Below, piece after piece: positions 19,408 to 29,207 of a DNA stretch of 64,000 bases (position 1 is the first letter of the stretch; every line of letters starts with the position of its first letter). The notes under the pieces are model-generated. The model was not told the origin of the DNA. It saw nothing but the letters and a program-made list of their open reading frames with translations, and ran no database searches. Made by a program: the position numbers and the translations under genes. The stretch covers positions 32,001 to 96,000 of the forward strand of contig JABCTZ010000025.1 of NCBI GenBank assembly GCA_018238155.1, read 5' to 3'. This DNA comes from Candidatus Heimdallarchaeota archaeon. Lineage in GTDB: Archaea; Asgardarchaeota; Heimdallarchaeia; JABLTI01.

Positions 19408-22400
19408 CTATTTTTGATTTTTAGTATTTAACTTAAAGGAAATTGTTGCACCCTTATTGACTTTTCCATCTCCCCAAACTTGACCATTATGTCGACTGAT
19501 AATTCTTTGAACAATAGCCAAACCGACACCAGTACCAGTAAACTCATCAAATTGGTGAAGTCTCTGAAATAATGTAAAAAGTTTATCAGAATAAGACATT
19601 TCAAATCCTGCGCCATTATCTTGAATATAGTAAATTGTTTCTTTATCAATTATCTTTGAACCAAATTTAATTTTAGCATTGGCTTTTTTTGACGTGAATT
19701 TCCAAGCATTTCCTAGAAGATTTTCTAATACAGTTCGCATTAAAACGGGATCACAAAATGCAGTAATATTTCTCTCAATTTTTACTGTGACTTTTCTATT
19801 TGGATTTTGATTTTTGTGGCTTTCAATAATACTCTCTGCAATTTCACTCAAGTTTATCTCCTTAAAAGAAATAGCTACATTGGTTATTCTTGATAAAGCT
19901 AAAATATCATCAATTAAATTGCCCATTTTAATACTGGCCTTTCGAATTCTATGAAGGTAATTTTTCCCTTCATCATCTAAATTCTCTGCAAAATCCTCTA
20001 ATAATGCTTGACTAAAACCATTTATACTCCGTAAAGGTGATCGTAAATCATGAGAAATGGAATATGAAAAAGCTTCCAATTCTTTATTCATACGTTCAAG
20101 TTGTTCAGTTCGTTCAGCTACACGATGTTCAAGTTCTTCATTCAATTTCTTAAGTTCATCTTGAGCAAGCTTTCTCTCTGTAATATCATTACATGCCATG
20201 AAAACTGTTCTTGAATTATCATCCAAGAATTCCATAAATAAACTATATCTGATATACTTCCTTTCACCATTTTTTTGAATAATCCAATATTCGAAATTTG
20301 AATTACTGATCTGATTTGTAATTATATTTTGCAATTCTTCTCTAAATTCTTTAATGCTCACAGGATCAACAAAATCAAAAGGACCACTTTTATAGAACTC
20401 TTCTAAAGGCAAACCATAGATCTGAGCAATTTGTTCATTAGCATAGATCATCTGATTATTCTCAATAATAGTGATGCCATCTAATATTGTATCAACAGTC
20501 CTCTTAAACCTCTGTTGACTAGATTCTAATTGTTCTAAAACTCTGATATGTTCAATTGCAGAAGCAAAAATATCAATTATTGACTCAAAAGATTTAATAT
20601 CATATTCATTTAGTCTAGTTTCCTTTTTGGAACCAATTTGAATTGTACCTAGAAGCTCATTTTTAGAATTTAAAATAGGATAGAAAATATAAACAATATA
20701 CTTGTGATTTTTTATCAATTTGTTTTCCTTGATGATTGGGTCATTTTGTGCATCCAAAGAAAATAATTTTACTTTTTCACGAATAAATCTCGCTACAGGA
20801 AAATTTGACTCTTTTATATTTATAGGCAATAACAAATAATACTCGGAATCAGGTATCCCATATATCGAAAGTGCTTCCAATAATCCTGTATTCTCATCAC
20901 AACATCTTATTGTCCCCGCTTGAAGGTCAAAGATTTTAATTATCCCTTCTAACACTTGTTGACTCATCTCTTTAACATTGACATTGTTTGCAGTTGCTTC
21001 AGATATTATTGTTAATAATTTTCTTTCACGTTCTAGTGCAAATTGAACTTGTTTTTCCTTCGTGATTTCAATCATCATGGCACCGAAGAGAAAATCATTC
21101 TCTATCTGAATTGGAGTGAGATTTATTTGTGCCCATTTGTTGTTTCCAGTCTTTGTTTCTACTTCAAATTCATAAACAATTTCTCCTTGTGTAGAAGAAA
21201 TGTTAGTAAAATTTATTGCTTCCAGAAAGTCAGAAAATTGATTTGGATGAATTTTCTTGAAAAATTCACTTATTGATAAATTTAAAATCTCATCTAATGA
21301 ATATTCAGAAATTTCCTCTGCTCTTTTATTTGCAAAAAGAATTTTACCTGTAGAATTAAAGAGAAATACTCCAGCAAGTGATTGTTCTGCAAAAGCTCTG
21401 AATTTCTGCTCAGTTTCTTTTCGGGCTTCATCAATATGAAATTTTTCTATAATATTAGCTATTGTTCTAGCAATTGTTTCAAATACAGTTTGGTATTCAT
21501 CTGACATTTCTAATTCTTTCATTGAACCAAATTGGAATATGCCTAACAAATCACCATTTGCTTTTAACATAGGCCAAGTAATAATAGCTTTCACATTAAA
21601 TTTGTGTATCATTGTCATACTTTTACTATCTAGCTTTAATTGTTTGACATCCGGAGCAAAAATAGCTTTTTTTGTACGAGCTACATAGGTATTCGTGTAA
21701 ACAGGATTGTCAATTGATATTGGATTTAATTCATAATTAAGAAAATTCTCCGCTTTTATATTTCTAATTGGTATCAACATTCTAGTTTCTTCATCATATA
21801 ATCTTATAATTCCATAATTAAAACCAAGTGCTTCAGATATATCATTAGCAATTAAAACACACAATTCCGATACAGTAGTTGCAACTGTTGTAGCTTTAGT
21901 AATAATCCGAAAAGCTTTACGTTCATTGTTTAGTGAATCTTGAGCTATTTTCCGTTTCGTTATATCTAAAACTATTCCATGATAATTGACAATATTCCTT
22001 TGATTGTCTCTTTTTATGGAAGTAAAATCAAGTGTCCAGCGAACTTTGCCTGATTTTGTTAATATTCTATATTCTTGTGTGTAGTTGAGACATTTTGAAT
22101 CTTGACTATATTTCTCTACTTCATCATCTACTCTTTTAATATCATCAGGATGGATAATATCACAATAAGAAATATCTCCAGAGTAGAAATCTTCAGGAGA
22201 GTAACCAAAAATTTCGATGTTATCAGAAACATATTCAACTGGTGAACCAATTTCATTTTTCCAAAGAAAGACAATTGCAGGACTTAGATTAATAATTTTA
22301 TTGAGTTCTTTTTGTTCTTGAGATGTTTTTTCAAGCAATAGTTCTATATTATATCTTTCTAAAATTGTTCGGAGCATCAATATTATTGATTCGATGAAAG

Positions 22401-23319
22401 TCCTATCATTTTCACTAAATTCTTTGGTTCTTTCTGAAGATAATTGTAGTATTCCGAACAACTTCATGTTTTTATCAAAAATAGGATATGAAATTAGTGA
22501 ACGAATATTGTATGATTCAAATTTTGACCAAAATTGTTTAAGCGTTTGTATTGTAAAAATATCTTCAGCAAATATAGGTTCTTTATGTTTAACAACATAA
22601 TTTACAAAGTTGTCAGGTTCTTCTGTAGAAATTGAGAATTTATCACCCTCTTTTGTAACAAGAGAACCAGCTGTAGCAATTCTATCAAATGTTTTTTCTT
22701 CTTCATTATGGAGTATTAAAGACCCAAAATCAAAATGTAACTTTTCCAATAAATTTTTTAGTACCTCTGCAGTATATTCAGCTATATCTTGCTTTGGAAT
22801 TGCTGTTACTGCTAGATTTTGCAAAATTTCTCTTTCGAGTTCAAGTTCTTTTTCTGCAAGTTTCCTTTGTGTTACATCTCTAATAGAGCTTTGGATAATC
22901 TTCTTGGTAGTTGTAGGATCATCAAAAATTGACAAATTAATTTCTGTGTGAATCAATTCACCGGATTTTTTTTGAAAAATGTTTTCATAAATTGGCAGTT
23001 TTTTTCCTGACTTTAGCTCAGAAAATTTGCTAGTTATATCATTATTCTCTGATTTAGCAAATAATTCTCTTACTTTTTTCGAGTACAATTCTTCTAAACT
23101 ATAACCTAAAAGTTCTGTTGCCTTCTTATTAATTAAAATAAACCGTTCACTCTCAGCATCGATCCAAAAAATTGCATCATTAGTCATTTCAAAGAGAGCT
23201 TCAAACCGAATTTTTATTGTTTTTGTTTCATTAGATTCATCATCTGAAATAACAATTTGTGCCCCAAAATGAGTTTTTGTTTTATTCTCTTCTTTTTTGT
23301 TTAATTTCTTATCAGGCAC
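19408..23319 (-). CDS. Multi-sensor histidine kinase (PAS-GAF-PAS-GAF-PAS-GAF-PAS-HisKA-HATPase, Cph1-like kinase core)
   Basis: SHDLRSPL H-box, NAWKF, DNGAGF, GTGVGLA; IHPDD and RDVTQRK PAS/PAC motifs. Confidence 0.93.
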   Translation of the reverse strand: MPDKKLNKKEENKTKTHFGAQIVISDDESNETKTIKIRFEALFEMTNDAIFWIDAESERFILINKKATELLGYSLEELYSKKVRELFAKSENNDITSKFSELKSGKKLPIYENIFQKKSGELIHTEINLSIFDDPTTTKKIIQSSIRDVTQRKLAEKELELEREILQNLAVTAIPKQDIAEYTAEVLKNLLEKLHFDFGSLILHNEEEKTFDRIATAGSLVTKEGDKFSISTEEPDNFVNYVVKHKEPIFAEDIFTIQTLKQFWSKFESYNIRSLISYPIFDKNMKLFGILQLSSERTKEFSENDRTFIESIILMLRTILERYNIELLLEKTSQEQKELNKIINLSPAIVFLWKNEIGSPVEYVSDNIEIFGYSPEDFYSGDISYCDIIHPDDIKRVDDEVEKYSQDSKCLNYTQEYRILTKSGKVRWTLDFTSIKRDNQRNIVNYHGIVLDITKRKIAQDSLNNERKAFRIITKATTVATTVSELCVLIANDISEALGFNYGIIRLYDEETRMLIPIRNIKAENFLNYELNPISIDNPVYTNTYVARTKKAIFAPDVKQLKLDSKSMTMIHKFNVKAIITWPMLKANGDLLGIFQFGSMKELEMSDEYQTVFETIARTIANIIEKFHIDEARKETEQKFRAFAEQSLAGVFLFNSTGKILFANKRAEEISEYSLDEILNLSISEFFKKIHPNQFSDFLEAINFTNISSTQGEIVYEFEVETKTGNNKWAQINLTPIQIENDFLFGAMMIEITKEKQVQFALERERKLLTIISEATANNVNVKEMSQQVLEGIIKIFDLQAGTIRCCDENTGLLEALSIYGIPDSEYYLLLPINIKESNFPVARFIREKVKLFSLDAQNDPIIKENKLIKNHKYIVYIFYPILNSKNELLGTIQIGSKKETRLNEYDIKSFESIIDIFASAIEHIRVLEQLESSQQRFKRTVDTILDGITIIENNQMIYANEQIAQIYGLPLEEFYKSGPFDFVDPVSIKEFREELQNIITNQISNSNFEYWIIQKNGERKYIRYSLFMEFLDDNSRTVFMACNDITERKLAQDELKKLNEELEHRVAERTEQLERMNKELEAFSYSISHDLRSPLRSINGFSQALLEDFAENLDDEGKNYLHRIRKASIKMGNLIDDILALSRITNVAISFKEINLSEIAESIIESHKNQNPNRKVTVKIERNITAFCDPVLMRTVLENLLGNAWKFTSKKANAKIKFGSKIIDKETIYYIQDNGAGFEMSYSDKLFTLFQRLHQFDEFTGTGVGLAIVQRIISRHNGQVWGDGKVNKGATISFKLNTKNQK

Positions 23320-23565
23320 TCTTTATACTTCCATTACGATATTATTTCATTTATACTAATTAGATATATAATAATGTTGGATTAAATACTGAGAATCATT
23401 TATACAAACGCATAGCTTCCTATTAAAGATTATTAAGTCAAAAATTGAGATTTTATTGCGAAAAAGGATTTATCTAATTCCACACCAAGGTTACTCTTCT
23501 GAAAATTGATACTCATTGCTATCTATTTTTTCTTTGTTAAACAAATTGGAAAAAAAATTCTCCAA

Positions 23566-24105
23566 CTAGTTCTCTTCTTCACATGTTGAATACAAGAGTA
23601 ACCTGGATTCACCATCTGTTTTGTTTAAAACTAAACCATGAAACATGAAAGTATTTGATACTATTCTAGTTTCAGGACTAACTTCTTGTAATAATTTATC
23701 TTCTAATTTATTATTCGTGCTTTGTAAAAGATAACAAAATATAACATCAGCATCACTCAAATCTTGTTTGAAGAAGTCACCATAAATTATTCGTATCTTC
23801 TTTCGCAAACCTAAGATTGTTATAAGAAATTGGCACCATAAGAAACGCATTAAATCAATTTCAATACCAACAGACCGAGCACCAAATTTACGAGTAGCTA
23901 TAATTAATACTCGTCCATCACCACACCCTAAATCGTAGACCAATTCACCTGGTTGTACATTTGCTATTTCAAGCATTTGTTGAATTTTTTTCCTTTTAGT
24001 TGGTAACCAAGGTGCACCCTTAATAGTTGGAAAAGAAACAGTGAAAACAATCATGAAACCAGTAATAATGATACCCAATAGTATTAATGGTGTAATATCA
24101 GTCAT
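23566..24105 (-). CDS. Membrane-anchored SAM methyltransferase, FAM173/aKMT-like lysine methyltransferase
   Basis: N-terminal TM, GAPWLPT, YDLGCGDGR, VGIEID, ADVIFCYL, RIVSNTF. Confidence 0.8.
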   Translation of the reverse strand: MTDITPLILLGIIITGFMIVFTVSFPTIKGAPWLPTKRKKIQQMLEIANVQPGELVYDLGCGDGRVLIIATRKFGARSVGIEIDLMRFLWCQFLITILGLRKKIRIIYGDFFKQDLSDADVIFCYLLQSTNNKLEDKLLQEVSPETRIVSNTFMFHGLVLNKTDGESRLLLYSTCEEEN

Positions 24106-24384
24106 TTAAGTTCACGAAATTCTATTGTATATTTGCAATTCTTTAGCTGAAATATAAGATTTAGCAAAGGAAAATTCTTAATTATCCTTTTACATTTTTG
24201 GATACAAATCAAAATTCTTTTCCTCTATCAATATAGAAATAATTTCAATCTTATATCACAATTTTAATTCAAAATAAACACTTTCTTGTTTCAATAAAAA
24301 TTGTAGAATACTTTAAAATCTTAATTAATTTTTAGTTCTATAATGGCAAAGTCTTAGTAAATAAACAAAATGAGGTAGTCAATT

Positions 24385-25473
24385 ATGTCTTTAGATGATG
24401 ATTATTTAATTGAGCGATTTACTCTAAAAGATTCAGATATTGGTACACTTGCGAAATTATTAACAGGTGCATTTCAAGAAGATGAAGTGGCAAAAAAAGA
24501 GGGGGCTGTTGCAGATCTCCAAGATGAAAATTTCAAACTAATCTTTGGTGCTCCATCAGTAGATAAAGAAATTTTTATTCGAGCAATATATAAACCTACT
24601 AACGAAATAGTTGGATTCCTTGGATCAATTCATAAGAGCTTATCAATTGATGGTAAAATCTACAAAGTTTCCTTACCAGCTTGGTTATCTGTTCATCACG
24701 AACATAGAAGAAAAGGTTTAGCAACTTTTTTGGGGACCAAATTAGTGGAAGTAATTAGAGAAAAAGGATATGATGCAAGTGTCTTCTTTCACGATGCAAG
24801 TCAACATGGTAAAGTAGCATCAGCTGCAGTTGCTCGTAACGCAGGAATTCCAATGATAGAATTAGCAATGATGAATAAATTCATTGTAAGAGGTTATGAT
24901 GTCGATGAAGCTGCAAAAGCACTTAAAACAAACTGGATACAAAAACTCTTTTTTAAATCAAAAGAACGAATTGGTAAAGTAAAGAGCAATAAAGTTCGAC
25001 TTTACAAACCAGAAGACATTGATAAAATCTTTGAGCTCTCAACAGAACTTTCTAAGAAAAATCAAATAAGTATAATACAAGTACATGAAGATTTGAAATG
25101 GAAATTAGCTGATCCTCAAGTATTGTGTGTAGTTTATGAAGATGAAAATGGAGAAGCTAAAGGATTTATTAATGCCTGGGAGTTTCTCTTGTCAGGTTTT
25201 GGCAATAATGTCAAGTTTGGATGGTTAGATACTATCCACACATACAATCTAACAAATCAAGAAGTTAAAGATCTAGCCAATTTTCTTGGACTTGAAGCAA
25301 CTAAACGTGGTTGGAAAGGATTACAAACACCGTATATACCCTATTTTAATTCTAAACCATTTAGACAAGTCAACTTCATCTTCTTCCCAAAGAAAGTTGG
25401 TTTATATCTAGCAAATATCAATAATATTCCAATTCCAGAGAAAATTGAATCAGTGTATTTTGAATGGAGATGA
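24385..25473 (+). CDS. Tandem-GNAT acyltransferase, N-myristoyltransferase-like
   Basis: LSVHHEHRRKGLA acyl-CoA motif; second GNAT begins VRLYKPED; collinear resemblance to NMT. Confidence 0.75.
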   Translation: MSLDDDYLIERFTLKDSDIGTLAKLLTGAFQEDEVAKKEGAVADLQDENFKLIFGAPSVDKEIFIRAIYKPTNEIVGFLGSIHKSLSIDGKIYKVSLPAWLSVHHEHRRKGLATFLGTKLVEVIREKGYDASVFFHDASQHGKVASAAVARNAGIPMIELAMMNKFIVRGYDVDEAAKALKTNWIQKLFFKSKERIGKVKSNKVRLYKPEDIDKIFELSTELSKKNQISIIQVHEDLKWKLADPQVLCVVYEDENGEAKGFINAWEFLLSGFGNNVKFGWLDTIHTYNLTNQEVKDLANFLGLEATKRGWKGLQTPYIPYFNSKPFRQVNFIFFPKKVGLYLANINNIPIPEKIESVYFEWR

Positions 25474-25580
25474 AAAAAATGATTGTAAAAAAGGGAGAGT
25501 AATTCTCTCTTCTTTATCAAAGAATTCTGTTGAATAATTTGTTAATTATAGCAAGCTGTTCAATAATTACTTAATCAAAA

Positions 25581-26729
25581 TCAAGAATATTTCTTTGTTT
25601 TTAGAGTGACAGTGAAGATTGTTCCGGTCGTTTTTGATGATTCAAAAGTCACTTTTCCATTTAGATATTCTTCAACAAGAATTTTAACACTGTATGTGCC
25701 TAATCCGCGACCAACACCCTTAGTTGAAAAAGACCGTTGGAATATTTGACTTTTAATTTCCTCATTCATAACAAAATTATTCTTCACCCAGTATGCTATG
25801 CCATCTTTTGTTTCTTTACAACCTATATGAACTATTTCATTTTCTTTACTTGCTTCTAAAGCATTTGTTAGTAAATTGAACAATACTCGTCGCATTAACC
25901 TTGGATCAGTTGTTATTTCTTTCTTTACACATGTTTCATCATGAATAATTTGTTTATTTTGTGAAATATCTAATGGAAGAATAGAATTTATTGTTGAATT
26001 TATTAGCTCAATCGTTTGAGTCTTAACAAATTTGATTTCTAATTCATTGCGTTCCATTCTTAATAGATCTCTTTGAACAGCTACTTCCTCAATAATAATT
26101 GCTATTTGATTTTTTAGTTTTTGAAAAAGTCTTTTTTGTTCGTTATTTAATCCTTCTTGTGGAAAAAGATCAGCTCTAGACTCAAGAGACCAAGTTGAAT
26201 TTATTAAATCATGAATAAAAATTCTTTCCAACTGCTCTTGTTTTTTCAGAGTTCCAATATCAGTCATAACAACCAGAGTAAATTTCTGACCCTCATAATC
26301 GAAAGGACTTGCTTTTACGTTTAAATTTAAGGCGGTAATTTTGCCATTTACAGAAGAAGTAATTCTAGATTCACTTTCTACTGTAGTATTGGTATTTTGA
26401 CTTGTATATACAGCATATAATGCATCACAATATTTACAATTTCGTCCAGTACCACAACCATTTTTTGTATCATTAGCATGGATACAATGAATCAATTCCC
26501 CTGGTCTTTGCCCTATTGCTTCTTGAAAATCATTTAAACCTACTTTATCAACAAAAATATCGTTTGCATAAATTACTTGTCGATGTTCATTAACAACAGC
26601 AACCATATTTGATAGTGAATTTAGAATTTTGGCAGCGTACGCTAAATTAATAATTTTATTAGATTGTCGTGTAACATCTTCTTTACTTAACCTTTCTGGG
26701 GATGCAAAGAATGTTTCTTTGGGGGACAT
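25581..26729 (-). CDS. Sensor histidine kinase with Cys-rich PAS-like domain
   Basis: CIHA..GCGTGRNCKYC, FIHDLIN, NLLTNALEA, FSTKGVGRGLGTY. Confidence 0.88.
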   Translation of the reverse strand: MSPKETFFASPERLSKEDVTRQSNKIINLAYAAKILNSLSNMVAVVNEHRQVIYANDIFVDKVGLNDFQEAIGQRPGELIHCIHANDTKNGCGTGRNCKYCDALYAVYTSQNTNTTVESESRITSSVNGKITALNLNVKASPFDYEGQKFTLVVMTDIGTLKKQEQLERIFIHDLINSTWSLESRADLFPQEGLNNEQKRLFQKLKNQIAIIIEEVAVQRDLLRMERNELEIKFVKTQTIELINSTINSILPLDISQNKQIIHDETCVKKEITTDPRLMRRVLFNLLTNALEASKENEIVHIGCKETKDGIAYWVKNNFVMNEEIKSQIFQRSFSTKGVGRGLGTYSVKILVEEYLNGKVTFESSKTTGTIFTVTLKTKKYS

Positions 26730-26853
26730 TAAATTACTCCTTGTTCAGTGCAAACCCACAATGATTTCCTTTACGAATCTCAATCATTTAATAATATATG
26801 AATGTATAAACTTACTTGTTTTTACAAAAGAAAGTATAATCAATAGATTAATT

Positions 26854-27504
26854 TTATAAAGTAGAATATTTTTCATTAAAAATTTTGAGGAAAGGTATTT
26901 GATTTTCTTTAAGAATTGTTTTAACTTCACCAATTTTCAATGCTCCAATGTAGATTTTAGCCATTTTTTCAATTATTATAGCAATTTTGATACAATAGTC
27001 ATAGGACGAACCTACAACAACAACTCCATGATTAGCAATAATAACGCTATTTTGTTTTTTCATTGTGCGGAGTATTTCATTAGATAAATCCTCACTACCA
27101 GCTAGACAATAATTTGTACAACCAACACTACCGCCCAAAAAAATAACCATTTCTTCTATAATAACAGGTAAATCATAGTGAAGAATTCCAAGTGTTGAAG
27201 CAAATTGAGAATGTGTGTGAATTATACACTTAACTATTGGTCTCTGTAGGTAAATTGATCTATGCATGCGAAATTCACTGGAAGGTCTAGATTGGTTTTT
27301 AAAAACAGTATCATCTAATCCCATATGTACCATATTATTGGTTTTAAGATCAGTATAATCATTACCTGCAGGAGTAATAATCATTTCATTCTTTTCAGGC
27401 ACTCTTATAGAAATATTTCCTTCTCCTAATATTACTAAATTTTGTTTGTATATTTCTTTACAAATTTTTACTAATTCTTGTTTCAATTTATGAATTTCAG
27501 TCAT
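26854..27504 (-). CDS. Class II aldolase/adducin family (L-fuculose-phosphate aldolase-like)
   Basis: EGNIS, PSSEFRMH, IIHTHS, ANHG; true start ATG 27504. Confidence 0.88.
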   Translation of the reverse strand: MTEIHKLKQELVKICKEIYKQNLVILGEGNISIRVPEKNEMIITPAGNDYTDLKTNNMVHMGLDDTVFKNQSRPSSEFRMHRSIYLQRPIVKCIIHTHSQFASTLGILHYDLPVIIEEMVIFLGGSVGCTNYCLAGSEDLSNEILRTMKKQNSVIIANHGVVVVGSSYDYCIKIAIIIEKMAKIYIGALKIGEVKTILKENQIPFLKIFNEKYSTL

Positions 27505-27532
27505 ACAAATACAACCAAATAAGTACTTTAGG

Positions 27533-28354
27533 TTAGTCTTCAGCAGGATAACTATTTGTAACAGCAGCAAGAGCATTGCAAAGAGTATTATACAAATTTG
27601 CTGATAAGCGACGATACAGATCATAATCATTAACTTGAGAAACATCTGTGAATGATCCCATACCACCGAAAACCCATGCATGATCAATGGTAGCCATAAC
27701 TTGTTTTGCTTCCAAACCAAAACAATCAGCTGGAAAGTAATTTTCATCAACTAATTTTGAAACATCTTCTATAGATAGAATTTCAAGTGCTTTTTGGAAA
27801 ACACTGGTCCAATTTTTCAATTTATTTTCTTTTGTAAAACTAATCAAATCAGTTAAAATTTCGTTGAGATAGAGTTTTGTAGTTTTTAATGAAGGAAATT
27901 TCAATAAATCAAAACTTGTATCTTTAAGTATTAAATGATAATAGTTTATTGCGTCTCCGTATTCTGCTTGAGTATAATTTGTCCAAAGATCATATGAGTT
28001 TTGTTTCTTAGCAATAACATTCCACTTACCTACTTTCTTCCCTTTTGTAGCTTCAAGATGATCCTTACTAAACATATTTTCGGGCATTTGATAGGTTAGA
28101 AATAAACGACTGACATTGTTCTTTTTCAAAAACTTAAACCAGTCATTTGGATTTTGAGCTAAAAGCACTCTCTGAGCTACTGGCTCAAGTTGAGCAACTT
28201 TGCTAACAAATTTAATATTTTTGTAACCATATCCTGCGGGATGGCTCTTATCAAAAGATACTTTCTTATCGTTCAAATAAGCATTAGCATATGCTGTTAA
28301 TGCAACAATTTGTAAATCTCCAGTGTACATATCAAAAGTATTGACAGTTGACAT
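27533..28354 (-). CDS. Conserved hypothetical protein (VFGGMGS motif)
   Basis: Long ORF; C-terminal WVFGGMGSFTD motif. Confidence 0.7.
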   Translation of the reverse strand: MSTVNTFDMYTGDLQIVALTAYANAYLNDKKVSFDKSHPAGYGYKNIKFVSKVAQLEPVAQRVLLAQNPNDWFKFLKKNNVSRLFLTYQMPENMFSKDHLEATKGKKVGKWNVIAKKQNSYDLWTNYTQAEYGDAINYYHLILKDTSFDLLKFPSLKTTKLYLNEILTDLISFTKENKLKNWTSVFQKALEILSIEDVSKLVDENYFPADCFGLEAKQVMATIDHAWVFGGMGSFTDVSQVNDYDLYRRLSANLYNTLCNALAAVTNSYPAED

Positions 28355-28454
28355 TTTATACTTTGCCTATATCATAGTCAAAAATTAGTCTTAATTAATG
28401 AAAATAAATAAAAAATAGGAACAAAAATTGATTAATGGACTGTTTTGTTTCAAT

Positions 28455-28937
28455 TTAATTTTCAGTGATGATAACAATATAGAATATTTCATTGTCAACT
28501 GTTATTGGACTGGCAATTATCTGTAAATCTAAAGCAACAAGTTTACCATCCATATTTATAGTTATCTTTGCATTACTCTCTTGTTTGCGTCCCGTTTTTT
28601 GTGTTTTCAATAATACTAGAACAGCACCACAATGTTTACATTCTTTCCCTGTTCCACAACCATTTGCATTATCTAAAGAGTTAACGCAAGTTAGAAGTTC
28701 TCCAGGTCTTTGCCCCAAACTGTCTTCGAATTTATTCACACAAATTGCTGTGATAAACGCTTCATTAGCAAAAATGACTTGTCTTTGTTTGTTTAATATA
28801 GCAATCATATTTGGTAAAAGTTGTAAAATTGGTAATAAGTTTCGTAAGCCTAAAATCTTTATCGTTTGTAGATATACTTCTCCATCTGATAACCTATCAG
28901 CAGGAGCAAAATCTGTTTTGGTATTTTTTGAGACCAT
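28455..28937 (-). CDS. Stand-alone Cys-rich PAS-like domain, paralog of the N-terminus of 25581-26729
   Basis: FAPADRLS, RQVIFAN, GQRPGELL.C, GCGTGKECKHC. Confidence 0.75.
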   Translation of the reverse strand: MVSKNTKTDFAPADRLSDGEVYLQTIKILGLRNLLPILQLLPNMIAILNKQRQVIFANEAFITAICVNKFEDSLGQRPGELLTCVNSLDNANGCGTGKECKHCGAVLVLLKTQKTGRKQESNAKITINMDGKLVALDLQIIASPITVDNEIFYIVIITEN

Positions 28938-29207
28938 TTTTACTAATTCCTAATTGCTTTAAGTGATTGAATATATTACAATTTTACTATATTAAAATTC
29001 ATTGATTAATAATTTATAGTACTCGACAAATTATCTATAAAAAGGAAAAAAAAATGGAAAAAAAGGCCTTTTCTCAAAAACATTGTCTAGAACTTTAGCG
29101 TAAAATAATTTCACCAAAAATTTTTATAAAAAAAAATGAGATTGAGAGAGGAATTCCTCTCACTAGATTTTATAGTTTAACATAATTAGCTATTCTGAAA
29201 TAGCTGA

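Noticed and set aside
27505-27750. 82-aa N-terminal extension of the aldolase in the ORF track
   Set aside because: It overlaps the upstream gene in another frame; homology starts at ATG 27504.
28492-28953. 153-aa plus-strand ORF
   Set aside because: Antisense to the PAS-like gene, which has a clear paralog in the window.
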